A stretch of DNA of 64,000 bases, from contig JBDUXZ010000005.1 of NCBI GenBank assembly GCA_039944855.1, positions 500,676 through 564,675 on the forward strand. Reading direction: 5' to 3'. The stretch comes from Rhodothermales bacterium (lineage in GTDB: Bacteria; Bacteroidota; Rhodothermia; Rhodothermales; JANQRZ01). The notes under the pieces were generated by a model, which was not told the origin of the DNA, made no database searches, and worked only from the letters and a program-made list of their open reading frames with translations. Below, piece after piece: positions 19,597 to 30,018 of this stretch (positions are counted from its first letter, which is position 1; each line of letters begins with the position of its first letter). Both the position numbers and the translations under genes were made by a program.

Positions 19597-19676
19597 TTGG
19601 TGCCCACGCCGAACGGGGGACGCCGTATCTTCTCGAGTCGCTCCCCTCTCCGATTCAATTCAGCCTCTCTAGCTCC

Positions 19677-19994
19677 ATGAGCACCCGTAACAAAAGCCTC
19701 GTTCATGCTTCCATCGCGGGAGCGCTCGCTGGCGTCGTTACCGGCTTCGGCCTCGGCCTGCTGGTCGCTCCCGACGAGGGGCGGAAGGTCCGGCGACGGC
19801 TCGCCTACCTGCTCGACCGGTGGTCGCACCAAGTGGCTACGCTCGTGGAGCAACTCGGCTCGGACGAGGTGCAGAGCGCGGCGCGCGAGAGCGGCGCCGC
19901 CCTCATCGCCGACGCCCGTGAGCAGGCCGAGCGCATCCTCGAAGACGCCAACTCGTTGATGAGCGAAGTGCGGCAGCGGCCATCGGACCGCTGA
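19677..19994 (+). CDS. YtxH domain-containing protein
   Basis: 105 aa with an N-terminal glycine-zipper helix AGALAGVVTGFGLGLLVAPDEGRKVRRRL followed by a long helical region. This is the typical YtxH layout. Confidence 0.75.
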   Translation: MSTRNKSLVHASIAGALAGVVTGFGLGLLVAPDEGRKVRRRLAYLLDRWSHQVATLVEQLGSDEVQSAARESGAALIADAREQAERILEDANSLMSEVRQRPSDR

Positions 19995-20107
19995 TTCCAC
20001 GGAGCGCCGACCCGTCGGTGACCCGCATCCCTCGGTAGTGTCCTCGTCCCTCGTCAGTGCACGTCCTGGTCCGGCTCGTCGCCGGCCGGTTCATCCCATC
20101 GCCCTAT

Positions 20108-21025
20108 ATGGCTAACTTCGCGATTCTGCTGCCCAGTGCCGAGGGGAAGGCCCCCGGCGGGAATCCCCTCGCCCCGGACATGTTCGACTACCGCACGTCG
20201 AACACCTTTAACTACTTCTCCGAGCTGAACCCCGAGCGGCGCGCCGTCATCAAAGAGCTGCAGCGGGTCGTGCAAGAAAGCGATGAGGCGGCGCTGGAGA
20301 AGCTCTTCGGCGTCAAGAGCGATACGCTCGAAGAGGCCGTCCAAGTCAACATGGAGATCCACGGGAGCCCGCTCCTCGCCGCCGTGGACCGCTACGGCCC
20401 TGGCGTGATGTACGAGGCGATGGAGTTCGCCGAACTGCCGACCGGCGCGCAGCGCCGCCTCCTCGAGAACGGCGTCATCTTCTCCGGCCTCTTCGGCCTG
20501 CTTCGCCCCGACGACCTCATCCCGAACTACCGTCTCAAGATGGACGCGCGGCTGCCCGAGATCGGGAAGCTCTCGAAGTTCTGGCGGCCCATCCTCAGCC
20601 CGGCGCTCAACAGCGCGCTCGCGGGCAAGTTCGTCTGGAACCTCCTGCCGCAGGCGCACCTCGACGCGTGGGAGGACGACGGGTCGTACCGGGCCATGGT
20701 GCAGGTGAAGTTCTTCGACGAGAAGGACGGCGAGCGCAAGCCGGTCACGCACAACGTGAAGCAACTCCGCGGCGCCCTCGTCAACTTCGTCGTCCGCGAC
20801 CCGGCCGAGAGTGTCGACGAATTGCTGGAGTGGGAGGCGCCGGGCGGGTACGAGCTCGACGAGGAAGCGACGACGTTCGACGAGGCGACGAAGACGGGCA
20901 CCGTCGTGATGGTGTCGAGCCCCGGCTGGGAAAAGCGGCGGGCCGAGCGCAACGCCGCCCGCGCAGAGATCGCTCGCGAAAAGGCCGCTGCGAAAGCGGC
21001 TCGCGAGGCCGACGACGACGAGTAA
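20108..21025 (+). CDS. yaaA: YaaA/DUF328-family peroxide-stress protein with a Lys/Ala-rich C-terminal tail
   Basis: From ATG 20108: MANFAILLPSAEGKAPGG..., PNYRLKMDARLPEIGKLSKFWRP. The C-terminus is EKRRAERNAARAEIAREKAAAKAAREADDDE. Confidence 0.78.
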   Translation: MANFAILLPSAEGKAPGGNPLAPDMFDYRTSNTFNYFSELNPERRAVIKELQRVVQESDEAALEKLFGVKSDTLEEAVQVNMEIHGSPLLAAVDRYGPGVMYEAMEFAELPTGAQRRLLENGVIFSGLFGLLRPDDLIPNYRLKMDARLPEIGKLSKFWRPILSPALNSALAGKFVWNLLPQAHLDAWEDDGSYRAMVQVKFFDEKDGERKPVTHNVKQLRGALVNFVVRDPAESVDELLEWEAPGGYELDEEATTFDEATKTGTVVMVSSPGWEKRRAERNAARAEIAREKAAAKAAREADDDE

Positions 21026-21028
21026 GCC

Positions 21029-21655
21029 ATGTCCGTCGTGATCGGGATTGCGGGCGGGTCGGGCTCCGGCAAGACGACCGTGCAGCGGAAGATCATCGAG
21101 GCCTTCGGCCGCGATCAGATCGCCCTCCTCGATCACGACTCGTACTACGTCGATCTCTCGCACCTCCCGGCCGATGAGCGCGCTCGGTTCAACTTCGACC
21201 ACCCGGACGCGCTCGAAACCGACCTCATGGTGGCCCACCTAGACCGCCTCCTCGGCGGCGAGCCGGTGGAGAAGCCGACGTACGACTTCACCTCGCACAG
21301 CCGCCGCGTCGAGACGGAGACGGTCTACCCGCACCCGGTCGTGATCGTCGAGGGCATCCTCGTGCTCGGCGAGCCGGCGCTGCGCGAGCGGATGGACATC
21401 AAAATCTTCGTCGACGCGCCCGATGACGTCCGCCTCATCCGCCGCATCCAGCGTGACCTCCACGAGCGTGGGCGCGACATCGAGAGCGTGATCCAGCAGT
21501 ACAAGCGGACCGTCCGCCCGATGCACCTCGAGTTCGTCGAGCCGTCGAAGCGGAAAGCGGATGTGATCATCCCGCACGGCGGCCACAACCGCGTCGCGCT
21601 CGACATGGTGCTGGCCCACGTACAGACCCTCCTTCACCAGCCCAACGGGGCGTGA
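21029..21655 (+). CDS. udk: uridine kinase
   Basis: VIGIAGGSGSGKTTV P-loop, LLDHDSYY, FDHPDALE and VIVEGIL. Confidence 0.92.
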   Translation: MSVVIGIAGGSGSGKTTVQRKIIEAFGRDQIALLDHDSYYVDLSHLPADERARFNFDHPDALETDLMVAHLDRLLGGEPVEKPTYDFTSHSRRVETETVYPHPVVIVEGILVLGEPALRERMDIKIFVDAPDDVRLIRRIQRDLHERGRDIESVIQQYKRTVRPMHLEFVEPSKRKADVIIPHGGHNRVALDMVLAHVQTLLHQPNGA

Positions 21656-22992
21656 CCCGCTCCCCACACCCGATGTCTGCGATGCGCACGCTCCTCCTCT
21701 CCGTATCGGCTGCCTTCCTGCTCGCGCTCGCCGGCTGCGCTCGCCCCGCCGAGCCCGTTCCTGTTGCCGTCTCTGGGGTCGATGCCGCCGCCGAGCATCC
21801 GGCGTGGATGGACGACCCGGTGATCTACGAACTCTACGTTCGCAGCTTCACGCCAGAGGGTACGTTCCGCGCCATCATCCCGCGCCTCGACGAGCTGAAA
21901 GAGCTCGGCGCGTCGGTGCTCTGGCTCATGCCGATCCACCCCGTCGGCGAGGCGCGGCGGAAGGGGACGCTGGGCTCGCCCTACGCCATCCGGGACTATA
22001 AAGACGTCAACCCCCGCTTCGGCACACTCGAGGATTTTCAGGCCCTCGTCGACGCCGTGCACGCGCGCGACATGCGGATCGTGATCGACCTCGTCGCCAA
22101 CCACACGGCGTGGGACAACGCGTGGGTCGAGGCCCACCCGGAGTGGTACACGACCGACTCGACCGGTGCCCTCACGCACCCGCCCGGCACCGATTGGACG
22201 GATGTCGCTGACCTCAACTACGACGACCCCGACCTCCGCGCGGCGATGCGCGATGCGATGCGGTTCTGGGTCGAAGAAGTCGGCATCGACGGGTACCGGT
22301 GCGACGTGGCCGAGCTCGTCCCGACCGACTTCTGGGGTGACGCGATTGCCGAGCTGCGCGCGATCAAGCCTGTGCTGATGCTCGCCGAGGGCGCCGACCC
22401 CGAGCTCTACGACGCCGGCTTCGACCTGACGTACGCGTGGGACACCTACGGCGCGCTGAAGTCGATCTGGAACGGCGCGCCCGCCGACACGCTCTTCGCC
22501 GTGCTCGAGGCGGAGCGCGCCCGCTACGGCGACGCCGAGCGGATGCGCTTCACGACGAACCACGACGAGACTGCGTGGGACGCCACGCCGCTCGACCTCT
22601 TCGGCGGGACCGAAGGCGCGCAGGCCGCCGCCGTGATTGCGGCGACGCTGCCGGGCGCGCTCCTCGTCTACAACGGGCAGGAGGTCGGCGACACGCAGCA
22701 GCTCCCGCTCTTCGAAAAGGTGGCGATCCGATGGGATACCGACCCGGCGATGCGTGCCTTTTACGACGACCTCCTCGCCCGCCGCGCCGCCTCCGCTGCG
22801 ATGCGGAGCGACACGGTCGAGCCGATCCCGCACGAGGCGGAGGCTGACGTCGTCGCCTATTACCGCATCGCGGCCGGCGACACGGCGCTCGTCGCCGTCA
22901 ACGTCCGCGACCGGGCCGTGACGACGACGCTGCCCCGCGCCGGCTCGGTGACGCTGCCGCCGTTCGGGTGGCGCATCGACACGTCGAACTGA
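21652..22992 (+). CDS. GH13 alpha-amylase-family lipoprotein
   Basis: Signal/lipobox MRTLLLSVSAAFLLALAGC, then DPVIYELYVRSFTPEG, GASVLWLMPIHPVG and VIDLVANHTAWD. The GTG at 21652 overlaps the udk stop (GTGA). ATGs at 21673 and 21682 are alternative starts. Confidence 0.85.
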   Translation: MTRSPHPMSAMRTLLLSVSAAFLLALAGCARPAEPVPVAVSGVDAAAEHPAWMDDPVIYELYVRSFTPEGTFRAIIPRLDELKELGASVLWLMPIHPVGEARRKGTLGSPYAIRDYKDVNPRFGTLEDFQALVDAVHARDMRIVIDLVANHTAWDNAWVEAHPEWYTTDSTGALTHPPGTDWTDVADLNYDDPDLRAAMRDAMRFWVEEVGIDGYRCDVAELVPTDFWGDAIAELRAIKPVLMLAEGADPELYDAGFDLTYAWDTYGALKSIWNGAPADTLFAVLEAERARYGDAERMRFTTNHDETAWDATPLDLFGGTEGAQAAAVIAATLPGALLVYNGQEVGDTQQLPLFEKVAIRWDTDPAMRAFYDDLLARRAASAAMRSDTVEPIPHEAEADVVAYYRIAAGDTALVAVNVRDRAVTTTLPRAGSVTLPPFGWRIDTSN

Positions 22993-23014
22993 AGCGGGAT
23001 GCCGGGCTGATCCG

Positions 23015-23779
23015 CTACGGATTGAGCTCCAGCACGTCGCGGACGCCGTAGAGCACGAGGTGCGGCTCGACGTGATCGATAGCCGCGATGTGCTCGGCGA
23101 GCAACTCGCTCCACCCGCCGGTGGCGACGACGAGCGGTGCGGCGCCGAGTTCGGCCGTGACGCGGGCGAGCAGGCCGCGTACGCCGTCGAGGAAGGGGAG
23201 CATCACGCCCGCCTGCAACGCCTCGGCCGTCGAGCGACCGACGGCGCGGCGCGGGACGACGGCGTCGATCTCGGGGAGCTGTGCGGTGCCGCGGGCGAGG
23301 GCGCGGCGCACGAGGTCCGGCCCGGCCCCGATCGATCCGCCGAGAAAGACGCCCTCCGCGCTGACGACCTCGAGCGTCACCGCCGTCCCCGCGTCCACGA
23401 CGACGAGCGGCCGGTCCGGCGCGTCGCCGTGATACCGCGTCCACGCGCCCGCCGCCGCCGCGATGCGGTCGGTGCCGAGCGTGGCCGGCGTCTCGTACCC
23501 CATCTCGAACGGGAGCGCGAGCCCCGGCGCGACGGCGAGCGGGAGGTGCAGCGTCTCGGCCCTCGCCGCCTCGGTGATCAGCGCCGCGACGGCGGGGACG
23601 ACCGAGGCGAGGCCGACGCGCTCCACGTCCGCTCCGTCGAGGTGGTGGCGGAGCGCATGGCGGTAGGCCGGGACCGACGCCGAGGCGTCGGAGGCGAGGC
23701 GGAACGTGCGGACGAGCGCGGGCCCATCGAAGAGTCCGCCTTTCACCGCTGTGTTGCCGATGTCGAGGGTGAGGATCAT
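23015..23779 (-). CDS. coaX: type III pantothenate kinase
   Basis: From ATG 23779: MILTLDIGNTAVKGGLF..., VVVDAGTAVT, ATGGW. Confidence 0.9.
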   Translation of the reverse strand: MILTLDIGNTAVKGGLFDGPALVRTFRLASDASASVPAYRHALRHHLDGADVERVGLASVVPAVAALITEAARAETLHLPLAVAPGLALPFEMGYETPATLGTDRIAAAAGAWTRYHGDAPDRPLVVVDAGTAVTLEVVSAEGVFLGGSIGAGPDLVRRALARGTAQLPEIDAVVPRRAVGRSTAEALQAGVMLPFLDGVRGLLARVTAELGAAPLVVATGGWSELLAEHIAAIDHVEPHLVLYGVRDVLELNP

Positions 23780-23809
23780 GGGAGCGAATCTACCGCGCCC
23801 GATCCATCC

Positions 23810-23883
23810 GTAGGGGCGGACCCACGTGTCCGTCCTGGTCGGGATTCCGCCCTGCATCGGGCCGGCACAAGGCCCGCCCCTAC
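23810..23883. repeat. 74-bp hairpin element with GTAGGGGCGG / CCGCCCCTAC arms
   Basis: Perfect 10-bp terminal arms at 23810..23819 and 23874..23883. An inner GGACCCACGTGTCC hairpin is present. The element lies between birA and coaX, and its right arm contains the birA TAG stop (23880..23882). Confidence 0.8.
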
Positions 23884-24662
23884 TTCGTGCGGAACGTCAC
23901 GTCGCCCGCGTGCACGACGCGGAGGCCGTCGGCGGTGCGGAGTCGGAGCGCGCCCGTCGGGTCGATGCCGTCGACGATGCCCTCCAGCGGCTCCCCGTCG
24001 ACGGCGACGTGGAGGCGGGCCGGTTCGCCGCGCCCGATCATCCGCTCGACGAACGCCTGCCGGACGGCGGGCGCGTCGCCCCGAGCGAGGCGGTCAGTCC
24101 AGTATTCCAGCCGCGCCAGCAACCGCGCTAGCACGGCCTCGCGCGGGACGAGCCGCCCCGCCTCCAGCCGCAGCGACGTGGCGCGGTCGGCGATGGAGTC
24201 GGGGAACGCATCTTGGTTCACGTTCAGCCCGATCCCGAGGACGACGAACGGTGCCGGGCCGAGGCTTGATTCGAGCAGCATCCCGCAGCACTTCCGCCCG
24301 CTGAGGAGCACGTCGTTCGGCCACTTGATGCGCGGCTCGACGGGAGCTGTCCACGGCGCCACGGCGTCGGCGACGGCGAGCCCGCCCGCGAGCGTGACGA
24401 GCCCGAGTTGGGTCGGCGGAAGCGCGGGGCGGAGGACGACGGAGAGGAGGAGGTTCTGGCCCGGCGCGTCGTCCCACGTCCGGCCGAGGCGGCCTCGGCC
24501 CGCCGTCTGGTGGTCGGTGAGGACGAGCGCGCCCTCGGGTGCGCCGGCCCGCGCCCACGCGGCGGCCTCGGCGTTCGTCGACGGGCACGCGGCGGAACTG
24601 CGCACCGAGCGCCCGAAGCGCTCGGTTTCGAGGATGTCGGCGAGGTCGTCGGCGAGGCGCAT
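23880..24662 (-). CDS. birA: biotin-[acetyl-CoA-carboxylase] ligase
   Basis: HQTAGRGRLGRTWDDAPGQNLLLSVVLRP and KWPNDVLL. No N-terminal HTH is evident, so this is a group I type. Confidence 0.88.
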   Translation of the reverse strand: MRLADDLADILETERFGRSVRSSAACPSTNAEAAAWARAGAPEGALVLTDHQTAGRGRLGRTWDDAPGQNLLLSVVLRPALPPTQLGLVTLAGGLAVADAVAPWTAPVEPRIKWPNDVLLSGRKCCGMLLESSLGPAPFVVLGIGLNVNQDAFPDSIADRATSLRLEAGRLVPREAVLARLLARLEYWTDRLARGDAPAVRQAFVERMIGRGEPARLHVAVDGEPLEGIVDGIDPTGALRLRTADGLRVVHAGDVTFRTK

Positions 24663-24665
24663 CGC

Positions 24666-25451
24666 TCAGCGTGCAGCCGCCGCCGCTGGCGCGAACTCGC
24701 TGTAGCGGCGGCTGAGGCGGAAGTGGCGCTTCGCCGTGAAGAGGGCGTCGAGCGTCGTCTCGAACCGCGTACTCTGCGGGAGCCAGCCGCCGGCTGGGCC
24801 GGGCTGGAGCAGGATCGTCGCGTCGCTCCGCTCGCTGAACAGCAGCGATGTCATCCGCTGCTGGAGCCGGATGCCGACGAGGTCGCCCGTGGCCGGATCG
24901 AGATAGAGCTGGGCGTGGCGGAGCGTTTTGTCGTCGCCCTCGCCGGGTCGCGCGTCGATGCTGAGGACACGGACGCGCCGGTCGCCGAGGCGGGTGTCCG
25001 ACGCGAAGCGGAACTGATAGGCCTCGATCCCGCGCGGGTCGAGGTACGCCGGGTCCTCGGGGACGACGAGTGTCGCTGGGTTCTCCGCGGGGAGCGGGTC
25101 GATGTCGGGCTCGGACGCGAACAGGGCGAAGCCGCCGTAGTCGAACGCCCCTGTCGAATCGGCCTGCACGACGTCCGCCAGCGGTACGCCCCCATTCGGC
25201 GTCACCTCCGCCGCGACCGTCCGCGTGGCCTCGGTCCGGCCGTCTGTGCCGAGCTGCTCCGTGCGGGTCTCGACGCGGTAGCGGAACGCGTCGAGCCGGT
25301 CGAACGCGGCGGCGAGCGCGGCGGTGTCGGCCGCGCGGAGGAGGGCGAGGACGGAGTCGCGCTCGGCGGCGTCCTCGGGCGAGAGGGGGACCGACGGGGC
25401 CTCCGTGCAGGCGGCGAGGGGGAGGAGCAGGAGGAGGGCGAAGAGGCGCAC
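24666..25451 (-). CDS. hypothetical lipoprotein
   Basis: From GTG 25451: VRLFALLLLLPLAAC (lipobox). Its stop is 3 nt from the birA start. There are no catalytic motifs. The start choice is inferred. Confidence 0.6.
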   Translation of the reverse strand: MRLFALLLLLPLAACTEAPSVPLSPEDAAERDSVLALLRAADTAALAAAFDRLDAFRYRVETRTEQLGTDGRTEATRTVAAEVTPNGGVPLADVVQADSTGAFDYGGFALFASEPDIDPLPAENPATLVVPEDPAYLDPRGIEAYQFRFASDTRLGDRRVRVLSIDARPGEGDDKTLRHAQLYLDPATGDLVGIRLQQRMTSLLFSERSDATILLQPGPAGGWLPQSTRFETTLDALFTAKRHFRLSRRYSEFAPAAAAAR

Positions 25452-25622
25452 GGGCTCGGGGTGTGAGAGGGCGCGGGGAGAACCGCCGACGCGCGGGATT
25501 GTTGCCACGGTCGGACGCGCCGCTGCGCAGGCGGGGGCCAACGAATTACAACGGAACCGAACAGAGGCGACCTTCCTCCGTTCCTTCTCCCGATCCTACA
25601 CGCTCCCCCCACTCCCCGCCCG

Positions 25623-26504
25623 ATGCCCGCTCCCGACTACCGGCGCGAACTCGTTGCCGCCGAGGCTGCCGCGCGCCGCGCCGGTGCCCACATCCGTCGC
25701 CACGCCGGCAACGCCGCCGGCGTCCGGCAGAAAGGCGTCCACGACCTCGTCACGGACGTCGACGAAGCGGCGCAGCGCCTGATCGTCGGCGACCTCGGCG
25801 CGGCGTGCCCGGACATCGCCGTGCTCGCCGAGGAGGGCACGTCCGACGCCGACCTCCGCGCCCGGCGCGGCGACACCGACGGCGCCCGCTGGATCATCGA
25901 CCCCATCGACGGAACGACGAACTTCACGCGCGGCCTCGCGCCGTACTGCGTCTCGATCGCGCTCGAAGACCGGGGCGAGCTCGTGCTCGGCGTCGTCTAC
26001 GAGATCACCGCCGACGAGATGTTCGCGGCCGTCCGCGGGCAGGGCCTCACGCTCGACGGCGCGCCTGCCGGAGTCAGCGCCACCGACACGCTCGCGCGCA
26101 GCCTCATCACGACGGGCTTCCCGTTCCGCCACTTCTGGTACGAGGACGAATACCTCGACGTGCTCCGTCAGTTTATGCGGACGACGCTCGGCGTGCGCCG
26201 CCCCGGCTCCGCCGCCGCCGACCTCGCCTACGTCGCCTGCGGCCGGTGCGACGCGTTCTTCGAAGCCGGGCTCGCGCCGTGGGACCTCGCCGCCGGCGTC
26301 GTGCTCGTCCGCGAGGGCGGGGGCCGCGTGACGGACCTCGAAGGGCACGACACGCTCCCGTTTAGCGGGCAGATCCTCGCCGCGAACGAGACGGTCCACG
26401 CCCTCATGCTGGCGCAGACGGGGCCGCTCGGGGCGGCGTATGCAGCGGGCCTCCAGGCACACGCCGACGACGAAGACGAACGGCCAATCGAGCGGACTAC
26501 TTAA
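25623..26504 (+). CDS. inositol monophosphatase family protein (SuhB-like)
   Basis: LAEEG, WIIDPIDGTTNF and WDLAAG motifs. Confidence 0.88.
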   Translation: MPAPDYRRELVAAEAAARRAGAHIRRHAGNAAGVRQKGVHDLVTDVDEAAQRLIVGDLGAACPDIAVLAEEGTSDADLRARRGDTDGARWIIDPIDGTTNFTRGLAPYCVSIALEDRGELVLGVVYEITADEMFAAVRGQGLTLDGAPAGVSATDTLARSLITTGFPFRHFWYEDEYLDVLRQFMRTTLGVRRPGSAAADLAYVACGRCDAFFEAGLAPWDLAAGVVLVREGGGRVTDLEGHDTLPFSGQILAANETVHALMLAQTGPLGAAYAAGLQAHADDEDERPIERTT

Positions 26505-26717
26505 ATTCCACCGTCCGGCCCTATCATGCGGGAAGCGTTCCATTATGCAGGCGATGCGTCTTAACATCGGCGCGGCACGGGCGATACCCTTTACAATGTC
26601 CTCGGCCAAACCGCCGTCGCGTCACGGGAGCCCACATGATCGGGCGGTTCTTTCGTACGCTGCTGTATTCCCGCGCCGCCCTGCCTCGCTGGCCCCCGAA
26701 CTCCGCCAGGCCCTGCC

Positions 26718-27221
26718 ATGAGCCCTCCGCCCTCCGCCGACCCCGCACCCGGCGCTTCCCACGCCGCCGATCGCCCCGTCATCCTCGTCGTGGACGACTA
26801 CGCCGAGACCCGACGGCTGCTCTATTTCTACCTCCGCGCCACCTACGAGGTCGTCATGGTCGAGTCGGCCGAGGAGGCGCTCGCGTACCTCGGCGGCAAC
26901 CGCGTCGACCTCGTGGTGATGGACATCAACTTCCAGGACGGGATGAACGGGATGGCGGCCACCGAGCGGATCCGCGCCGACCCCGCGCTCCAGCACCTCC
27001 CCGTCCTCGCCACCTCGGCCTACGCCTACCCCGACGACCGCGCCCGCTTCCTCAAAGCGGGCTTCAACGACTACATCGCCAAGCCGATCTTCAAGGAGCG
27101 CATGCTGAAGAAGGTGCGCGAGCTGCTCTCCGGCGGCGAGCGCGGCGTGTGGGTGACGAAGAAGGACACGGCGAACGACGACAAAGCCTCCCCCGGCGCG
27201 AGCGCCGCGCAGGAAGGCTGA
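26718..27221 (+). CDS. stand-alone response regulator (receiver domain only)
   Basis: ILVVDDYAETRRLL, DLVVMDINFQDGMNG and DYIAKP. There is no output domain. Confidence 0.85.
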   Translation: MSPPPSADPAPGASHAADRPVILVVDDYAETRRLLYFYLRATYEVVMVESAEEALAYLGGNRVDLVVMDINFQDGMNGMAATERIRADPALQHLPVLATSAYAYPDDRARFLKAGFNDYIAKPIFKERMLKKVRELLSGGERGVWVTKKDTANDDKASPGASAAQEG

Positions 27222-27313
27222 ACGACGCGCGAGCCGTACCGACAGCTTGCCACGGAACGGGCGGGCCGCTAGCTTTGGCGGTCCGCCCTTCTCTTATTCA
27301 ACCGCCTCCACCC

Positions 27314-28156
27314 ATGCCCACCTCCGCTGCCGGCCACGGCCTCCTCCACGGCAAACACGGCGTCATCTTCGGCGCGCTCGACGAGCGCAGCCTCGCGTGG
27401 CAGATCGCCACGGCGTGCCACCGCGAGGGCGCCACGTTCGCCCTCTCGAACGCGCCCGTCACGAAACGTTTCGGCAACATCGACGCCCTCGCCGAGCAAA
27501 CCGGCAGCCCCGTCATCTACGCCGACGCGCAGAAAGACGACGAGCTCGACGCCCTCTTCGACCAGGTCAAATCCGATCACGGCCCCGTCGACTTCGTCGT
27601 CCACTCGATCGGGATGGGCGTGAACGTGCGGAAGGACCGGCCCTACGAGGATCTCAACCACGATTGGTACCTCAAGACGCTCGACATCTCGGCCGTCTCG
27701 CTCCACCGGATCGTGCAGGCCGGGCTGGCGAAGGACGCCCTCGCCGACGGTGGCTCGATCGTCACGCTCTCGTACATCGGCGCGCAGCGGGTCTTCTCGA
27801 AGTACTCCGAGATGGGCGATGCGAAGGCCCTCTTGGAAAGCATCGTCCGCGCCTTCGGCTACCGGCTCGGCAAGCGCGGCATCCGCATCAACTCCGTCAG
27901 CCAGAGCCCGACGCGGACGAGCGCCGGCGGTGGCATCGCCGGCTTCGACGCGATGTTCGACTTCGCCGACCTCATGGCCCCGCTCGGGAACGCCGACGCC
28001 GAGAGCTGCGCCGACTACGTGATCACGCTCCTCAGCGACCTCACGCGGATGGTGACGATGCAGAACCTCTTCCACGACGGCGGCTTCTCCGCGATGGGCA
28101 TCTCCGACCGCACCGTCGAAATCCTCGCCGAAGCGATGGGAGGGGGCAACTCGTAA
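27314..28156 (+). CDS. fabI: enoyl-[acyl-carrier-protein] reductase (FabI-type SDR)
   Basis: From ATG 27314: GKHGVIFGALDERSLAWQIA, HSIGMG, SYIGAQRVFSKYSEMGDAKALLES and INSVSQSPTRT. Confidence 0.8.
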   Translation: MPTSAAGHGLLHGKHGVIFGALDERSLAWQIATACHREGATFALSNAPVTKRFGNIDALAEQTGSPVIYADAQKDDELDALFDQVKSDHGPVDFVVHSIGMGVNVRKDRPYEDLNHDWYLKTLDISAVSLHRIVQAGLAKDALADGGSIVTLSYIGAQRVFSKYSEMGDAKALLESIVRAFGYRLGKRGIRINSVSQSPTRTSAGGGIAGFDAMFDFADLMAPLGNADAESCADYVITLLSDLTRMVTMQNLFHDGGFSAMGISDRTVEILAEAMGGGNS

Positions 28157-28229
28157 ACTCTTGGCTGTTGGCTATTCGTTCGCTCCACAGAACCTATAAC
28201 CAAAAGCCAAGAGCCGACAGCCACGCATC

Positions 28230-28988
28230 ATGGTCAAGCTCTTCCTCGCCGATATCGACGGGTGCCTCGCTGCGCCGTACGAGCCGTACGATCTCGACGG
28301 CTTCCGCACGCTCGCCGACTTCGCCCGCCGTGCCGAGACCGACCCGACGCTGCCGCGCCTCGGGATCTGCTCGGGGCGGTCGTACGCCTACGTCGAAGCC
28401 GTGGCGCAGGCGCTCGGCCTCCGCGGGCCGGCCCTTTTCGAGAGCGGCGGCGGCCGGTTCGACCTCGCCACCGCGACGATCCGCTGGAGCCCCCTCCTGA
28501 CGGACGACGTCGAGCGGGCGCTGAACGAGGTGCGCAGCTATTTCCATCGCGACGTGCTGCCCGGCTCGGGCTTCTCGTTCGACTACGGCAAGCGCGCCCA
28601 AGTCGGGCTCGTCGGGACGGATCAGGACGAGGTCGCGCGGATGGCGCCGCTCGTGGACCGCTTCGTCTCAGACGCGTTCCCCGACCTCATCGTCCATCCG
28701 ACGCCCGTCTCGATCGACGTGCTGCCGCGCGCGCTGACGAAGCGGGTGGCGGTGGAGACCGTTGCGGAAGAGGAGGGGTTGACGGTCGGCGACCTCGCGT
28801 TCATCGGGGACACGCAGGGGGACATTGAAGCGCTGGAGGTGGTCGGCTATTCGTTCGCGCCGCAGAACGCCGCCGACGCGGTGAAGGCGGCCGTGCAGAT
28901 GGTGACGGAGGGGGCGGTGTTGGACGGGATGCTGGAGGCCTACCACTGGTGCGTACGCCACAACGAAGCGGCCCTCATGGAGGCTTAA
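28230..28988 (+). CDS. HAD-superfamily hydrolase (IIB/Cof-like)
   Basis: Motif I FLADIDGCL and late motif FIGDTQGDIE. The substrate is unknown. Confidence 0.75.
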   Translation: MVKLFLADIDGCLAAPYEPYDLDGFRTLADFARRAETDPTLPRLGICSGRSYAYVEAVAQALGLRGPALFESGGGRFDLATATIRWSPLLTDDVERALNEVRSYFHRDVLPGSGFSFDYGKRAQVGLVGTDQDEVARMAPLVDRFVSDAFPDLIVHPTPVSIDVLPRALTKRVAVETVAEEEGLTVGDLAFIGDTQGDIEALEVVGYSFAPQNAADAVKAAVQMVTEGAVLDGMLEAYHWCVRHNEAALMEA

Positions 28989-29087
28989 CCGAGCCTCGTG
29001 CGCGGCCGATGCTTGAGCGGAGGGCCTGTCCGCCGCCCGCCCCACGCGCTTATATTCCGGCCCGTTTCCACCACGCCCGCCCGTCCG

Positions 29088-29921
29088 ATGCTGCGCCCGC
29101 TCCTCCTCGTTCTTGCCTGTCTCGCCGGAGCCACGATCGGTGTGGCGCAACCGGCCTCGCCCGGCGCTCCGCCCGAGCGCAGCAGCGGAACCGCCTCGCC
29201 GACGCCGATCAATGACGCAGCCCCGACCGCGAACCGGGCCGCGCCGGCGTCGATGGAGGACGCACCGATCTACTACGTCGTCCGCGAGCGTCCGCAGGTC
29301 TTCGCCAAGCCCGACTCCGCCGTCACGCTCGCCCGGCTCGACTTTCGGCAGGATGTCCGCGTGATCGAGCAGCGCCCGGACGGGTGGAGCCGCGTGCTCG
29401 GCGACGACACGATCGGGTGGGTCGCCACATCCGCGCTCTCGAACGTGTGGCTGCTCGTCGAGAAAGAGACTCGGAATCTCTACGTCTACCGTGGGTCCGA
29501 ACTCGTCCGCCGCCTCCCGGCCGACGTGTCGCAGAACCCGACGGGCGACAAGGTCCGCCGCGCCTCGCTCGGCGAGCGCGACCACTACCGGATTCCCGAA
29601 GGCGAGTTCTTCGTCTGTCAGAAGAACCTCAACAGCCAGTACTACCGATCGTTCATGCTGAGCTACCCGAACGCCGAGGACGCCGAGCGTGGGCTCGAAG
29701 CCGGCATCATCTCGCGGGCGGAGTATGCCGAGATCGTCAAGGCCTCGCTCGGCTTCCGCTCGCCGCCGATGGGCACGGCGCTCGGCGGGGCGATCGCGAT
29801 CCACGGGCAGGGCTCGGGGCGGCAGCGGGCGTGGACGCGCGGCTGCGTCGCCCTCCGCGACGTGCACCTCGACGCGATCTGGGACCTCGTCGACGTCGGC
29901 ACGCCGGTGCTGATCCGGTAG
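29088..29921 (+). CDS. L,D-transpeptidase (YkuD) with N-terminal SH3b-like domain
   Basis: From ATG 29088: signal MLRPLLLVLACLAGATIGVAQ, an SH3-like VRVIEQRPDGWSRVLGDDTIGWV, and the catalytic IAIHGQGSGRQRAWTRGCVAL. Confidence 0.8.
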   Translation: MLRPLLLVLACLAGATIGVAQPASPGAPPERSSGTASPTPINDAAPTANRAAPASMEDAPIYYVVRERPQVFAKPDSAVTLARLDFRQDVRVIEQRPDGWSRVLGDDTIGWVATSALSNVWLLVEKETRNLYVYRGSELVRRLPADVSQNPTGDKVRRASLGERDHYRIPEGEFFVCQKNLNSQYYRSFMLSYPNAEDAERGLEAGIISRAEYAEIVKASLGFRSPPMGTALGGAIAIHGQGSGRQRAWTRGCVALRDVHLDAIWDLVDVGTPVLIR

Positions 29922-30018
29922 CTGCGTCGCGGCGGTGGAGGTACGGCGAAGCGCGGGGCGTGGCTGAATCTTCCCTCCGTGCGTCGCGTACAGGTCCGAC
30001 ACGCCTGCTCGACACGCC

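Noticed and set aside
28230-28988. HAD-IIB hydrolase as trehalose-6-phosphate phosphatase (OtsB)
   Set aside because: The only support is the family-level DxDG motif. There is no adjacent otsA, and the gene is 11 kb from the trehalose block, so the substrate cannot be assigned.
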